DNA from: Macrostomum lignano
Lineage: Eukaryota
Direction: 5' to 3'
DNA: 64,000 nucleotides
Assembly: GCA_002269645.1 (NCBI GenBank)
Contig: NIVC01002184.1
Location: 62,001 to 126,000, forward strand
The notes below the pieces were generated by a model. The model did not search any database, was not told the origin of the DNA, and saw nothing but the letters and a program-made list of their open reading frames with translations. The translations under genes and the position numbers were made by a program. Within the stretch, counting starts at the first letter, position 1, and every line of letters starts with the position of its first letter. Positions 60,342 through 64,000 of this stretch are shown in pieces.

Positions 60342-61200
60342 TGTAGTAGTAATACTAGTAGTAGTAGTAGTAGAAGTATAGTAGTAGTAGCAGTAGAAGT
60401 AGTTGTATTATTATTAGTAGTAGTAGTTGTTGTTTTAGTAGTAGTAGTAGTAGTTGTAGTAGCAGTAGCAGTAGTAGTAGTAGTTCTAGTAGCAGTAGCA
60501 GTAGTAGTAGTAGTTGTAGTAGCAGTAGTAGTAGTACTATTAGTAGTAGTAATTGGCGGCTGACTATCTACAGTAGTGCCTGATTTGCCCAATATCACTG
60601 CTCTACTTAAAATATATATTACTAATCGCACAGGAGAATGTCCTGTGCGAGAGTCTAACAGTGTGGGAGTCAGTCCTGGCCATCCTAGTCAGCCGCGGCC
60701 GGGACACCCCGGAGCAGCGGGCCGCCTCTAAAAAGCTGCTCGAACGTCTCGGCCTGTCAGGCGATCGAGTGCTCAACCGGCCAGCCACGGCTCTGAGCGG
60801 CGGCCAGCAGCGGAAGCTGTGCGCCACCCTGGCTCTCGCTGGCGACCCGGAGCTGGTGCTGCTTGACGAGCCCTCTAGCGGCCTGGACCCGCTGTCCCGC
60901 CGGTCGCTTTGGTCGGCCCTGTCCGAGAATCGGGCCGGCCGGTGTCTCCTGCTGAGCACACAGTTTATGGACGAAGCCGACCTGCTGGCTGACAGGAAGC
61001 TGCTGTTGAGGGATGGCGAATTGAAGTGCATTGGTTCGTCCCTGTTTATGAAGCAGAAATACAATAGCGGATGCGTGATTCACGTCGCCGCTGAGCAGCC
61101 AACCGACTTGGTAAAAGAATTAAACAATGCTGACATCAAAGCTGTTGTCATGTCTGATCACGAGGTTGAGATCAGAACATCCGAGAATGAGCTGGTGAAG
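53478..61200 (+). CDS. ABC transporter subfamily A, N-terminal half (TMD1 + NBD1), 3'-partial; exons 53478-53812, 55554-55900, 56313-56467, 56979-57260, 58070-58658, 60089-60273, 60634-61200
   Basis: Phase-consistent GT-AG exons give 820 aa. TM segments, Walker A GPNGSGKST, signature LSGGQ, Walker B LVLLDEPSSGLDP, and ABCA-type STQFMDEADLLADR and LKCIGSSLFMK. Confidence 0.9.
53905..54020 (+). repeat. (CTGT)n / GTCT microsatellite in ABCA intron 1
   Basis: Read directly. Confidence 0.85.
54968..55063 (-). mobile_element. Truncated copy of the tRNA/CORE-like SINE
   Basis: The minus strand reads TAGCTCAGTGGTTAGAGCGCCGGACT...GGGGGTTCGACTC...AACAATTTGTGTCCTTGAGCAAGACAC, homologous to 6608-6705. 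Confidence 0.75.
56665..56815 (+). repeat. Degenerate about 15-bp pyrimidine-rich tandem repeat (GCGCGCTTGTCTCTT)
   Basis: Read directly in ABCA intron 3. Confidence 0.75.
57310..58030 (+). repeat. Purine-rich intronic minisatellite, 18-20-bp unit (GATGAAGGATGGGGGAGG)
   Basis: Read directly in ABCA intron 4. Confidence 0.92.
59100..59965 (+). repeat. C-rich degenerate intronic minisatellite (CCCACACATCTCT family)
   Basis: Read directly in ABCA intron 5. Confidence 0.9.
60280..60550 (+). repeat. (TAG)n trinucleotide microsatellite
   Basis: Read directly in ABCA intron 6. Confidence 0.95.
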
Positions 61201-61299
61201 GTGAGCGTTTCGCTTGCAGATCTATTAAAACTTGAATTTCAAAGGTATTGCTAATAAAGCTGCGCAGATTCTCAAGTCTTCACAGCTCAGATAGGACTT

Positions 61300-61900
61300 T
61301 GATCGGTAGGAGGCTATGTGTAAACTGGGGCAATGACCGGTAGGAGGCTATGTGTAAACTGGGGCTATGACCGGTAGGAGGCTATGTGTGATCTGGGGCT
61401 ATGACCGGTAGGAGGCTATGTGTGATCTGGGGCTATGACCGGTAGGAGGCTATGTGTGATCTGGGGCTATGACCGGTAGGAGGCTATGTGTGATCTGGGG
61501 CTATGACCGGTAGGAGGCTATGCGTGAGCTGGGGCTATGACCGGTAGTAGGCTATGTGTGATCTGGGGCTATGACCGGTAGGAGGCTATGCGTGAGCTGG
61601 GGCTATGACCGGTAGGAGGCTATGTGTGATCTGGGGCTATGACCGGTAGGAGGCTATGTGTGATCTGGGCTCTATGACCGGTAGGAGGCTATGCGTGAGC
61701 TGGGGCTATGACAGGTAGGAGGCTATGCGTGAGCTGGGGCTATGACCGGTAGTAGGTAGGAGGCTATGTGTGATCTGGGGCTATGACCGGTAGGAGGCTA
61801 TGCGTAAGCTGGGGCTATGACCGGTAGTAGGTAGGAGGCTATGTGTGATCTGGGGCTATGACCGGTAGGAGGCTATGCGTGAGCTGGGGCTATGACTGGG
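61300..61900 (+). repeat. Intronic minisatellite, 34-bp unit (ATGACCGGTAGGAGGCTATGTGTGATCTGGGGCT)
   Basis: Read directly after the donor at 61201. Confidence 0.93.
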
Positions 61901-61904
61901 AAGG

Positions 61905-64000
61905 ACCATGAGAGAGCTGGGGCTGAGAGCTGGGGCCATGAGGAGCTGGGGCTGAGAGCTGGGGCCATGAGGAGCTGGGGCTGAGAGCTGGGGCTGGGAG
62001 CTAGGGCTGAGAGCTGGGGCTGAGAGCTCGGGCTGAGAGCTGGGGCCATGATGAGCTGGGGCTGAGAGCTGGGGCCATGAGGAGCTGGGGCTGAGAGCTG
62101 GGGCCATGAGGAGCTGGGGCTGAGAGCTGGGGCCATGAGAGAGCTGGGGCTGAGAGCTGGGGCTGAGAGCTGGGGCTGAGAGCTGGGGCCATGATGAGCT
62201 GGGGCTGAGAGCTGGGGCCATGAGAGAGCTGGGCTGAGAGCTGGGGCCGTGAGGAGCTGGGCTGAGAGCTGGGGCCATGAGGAGCTAGGGCTGAGAGCTG
62301 GGGCCATGAGAGAGCTGGGCTGAGAGCTGGGGCCATGAGGAGCTAGGGCTGAGAGCTGGGGCTGAGAGCTGGGGCTGAGAGCTGGGGCTGAGAGCTGGGG
62401 CCATAAGAGAGCTGGGGCTGAGAGCTGGGGCCATGAGGAGCTGGGACTGAGAGCTGGGGCCATGAAAGAGCTGGGCTGAGAGCTGGGGCTGGGAGCTGGG
62501 GCCATGAGAGAGCTGAGGCCATGAGAGAACTGGGCTGAGAGCTCAAGCTGAGAGCTGAGGCCATGAGAGAGCTGGGGCTGAGAGCTGGGGCCATGAGAGA
62601 GCTGGAGCCATAAGAGAGCTGGGGCTGAGAGCTGAGGTCATGAGAGAGCTGGGGCCATAAGAGAGCTGGGGCTGAGAGCTGGGGCCATGAGAGAGCTGGG
62701 CTGAGAGCTGGGGCCATGAGGAGCTGGGGCTGAGAGCTGGGGCCATGAGAGAGCTGGGCTGAGAGCTGGGGCTGAGAGCTCGGGCTGAGAGCTGGGGCTG
62801 AAAGCTCGGGCTGAGAGCTCGGGCTGAGAGCTGGGGCCATGAGAGAGCTGGGCTGAGAGCTGGGGCCATGAGAGAGCTGGGGCTGAGAGCTCGGGCTGAG
62901 AGCTCGGGCTGAGAGCTGGGGCCATGAGAGAGCTGGGCTGAGAGCTGGGGCCATGAGGAGCTGGGGCTGAGACCTGGGGCTGAGAGCTAGGGCTGAGAGC
63001 TGGGGCTGAGAGCTGGGGCCATGAGAGAGCTGGGCTGAGAGCTGGGGCTGAGAGCTCGGGCTGAGAGGTCGGGCTTAGAGCTGGTGCCATGAGGAGCTGG
63101 GGCTGAGAGCTGGGGCCATGAGGAGCTGGGGCTGAGAGCTGGGGCCATGAGAGAGCTGAGCTGAGAGCTGGGGCTGAGAGCTGGGCTGAGAGCTGGGGCT
63201 GAGAGCTGGGACTGAGAGCTCGGGCTGAGAGCTGGGGCCATAAGAGAGCTGGGGCTGAGAGCTGGGGCTGAGAGCTGGGGCCATGAGGAGCTGGTGCTGA
63301 GAGCTGGGGCCATAAGAGAGCTGGGGCTGAGAGCTGGGGCCATGAGGAGCTGGGACTGAGAGCTGGGGCCATGAAAGAGCTGGGCTGAGAGCTGGGGCTG
63401 GGAGCTGGGGCCATGAGAGAGCTGAGGCCATGAGAGAACTGGGCTGAGAGCTCAAGCTGAGAGCTGAGGCCATGAGAGAGCTGGGGCTGAGAGCTGGGGC
63501 CATGAGAGAGCTGGAGCCATAAGAGAGCTGGGGCTGAGAGCTGAGGCCATGAGAGAGCTGGGGCCATAAGAGAGCTGGGGCTGAGAGCTGGGGCCATGAG
63601 AGAGCTGGGCTGAGAGCTGGGGCCATGAGGAGCTGGGGCTGAGAGCTGGGGCCATGAGAGAGCTGGGCTGAGAGCTGGGGCTGAGAGCTCGGGCTGAGAG
63701 CTGGGGCTGAAAGCTCGGGCTGAGAGCTCGGGCTGAGAGCTGGGGCCATGAGAGAGCTGGGCTGAGAGCTGGGGCCATGAGAGAGCTGGGGCTGAGAGCT
63801 CGGGCTGAGAGCTGGGGCCATGAGAGAGCTGGGCTGAGAGCTGGGGCCATGAGGAGCTGGGGCTGAGACCTGGGGCTGAGAGCTAGGGCTGAGAGCTGGG
63901 GCTGAGAGCTGGGGCCATGAGAGAGCTGGGCTGAGAGCTGGGGCTGAGAGCTCGGGCTGAGAGCTCGGGCTGAGAGGTCGGGCTTAGAGCTGGGGCCATG
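61905..64000 (+). repeat. G-rich intronic array of 12-16-bp units (AGAGCTGGGGCTG / AGAGCTGGGGCCATG) with about 909-bp higher-order duplication
   Basis: The rare variant CTCAAG recurs at 62542 and 63451; the array runs off the window. Confidence 0.95.

Noticed and set aside
57353-64000. Long Pro/Ser/His-rich ORFs on either strand in ABCA introns
   Set aside because: They are translations of purine- or C-rich tandem arrays lying between phase-matched ABCA exons or after the last donor.

Overview
Eukaryotic, intron-rich genomic DNA. GC-rich exons are separated by AT-rich or minisatellite-filled introns; the style suggests a flatworm such as Macrostomum, which is an inference. Plus-strand genes: the 3' part of NUP205 (12 exons, 636-15513), a small 2-TM protein (16968-17465), SNAPIN (17995-18819), an orphan signal-peptide protein (19322-21375), a divergent intronless protein phosphatase 1 inhibitor-2 homologue (32388-33038) and the first half of an ABCA transporter (53478-61200, continuing out of the window). 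Between them lie many transposons: a frameshifted piggyBac, a 5'-truncated RNase H-bearing LINE nested in a MULE-like element, an RTE fragment, two tRNA/CORE-like SINEs and several MITE/foldback elements with readable TSDs. Nearly every intron carries its own tandem array. The most striking unexplained structure is at 39615-40384: a 95-bp tandem array bracketed by near-perfect 64-bp inverted repeats and ending in a minimal Penelope/retrozyme-type hammerhead ribozyme. A second, well-folded hammerhead lies at 43271-43328. Also notable are an intronic array of RFX X-boxes in NUP205 and a tightly packed co-oriented four-gene cluster that may be a trans-spliced operon. All family assignments come from motif recognition, not from database searches.
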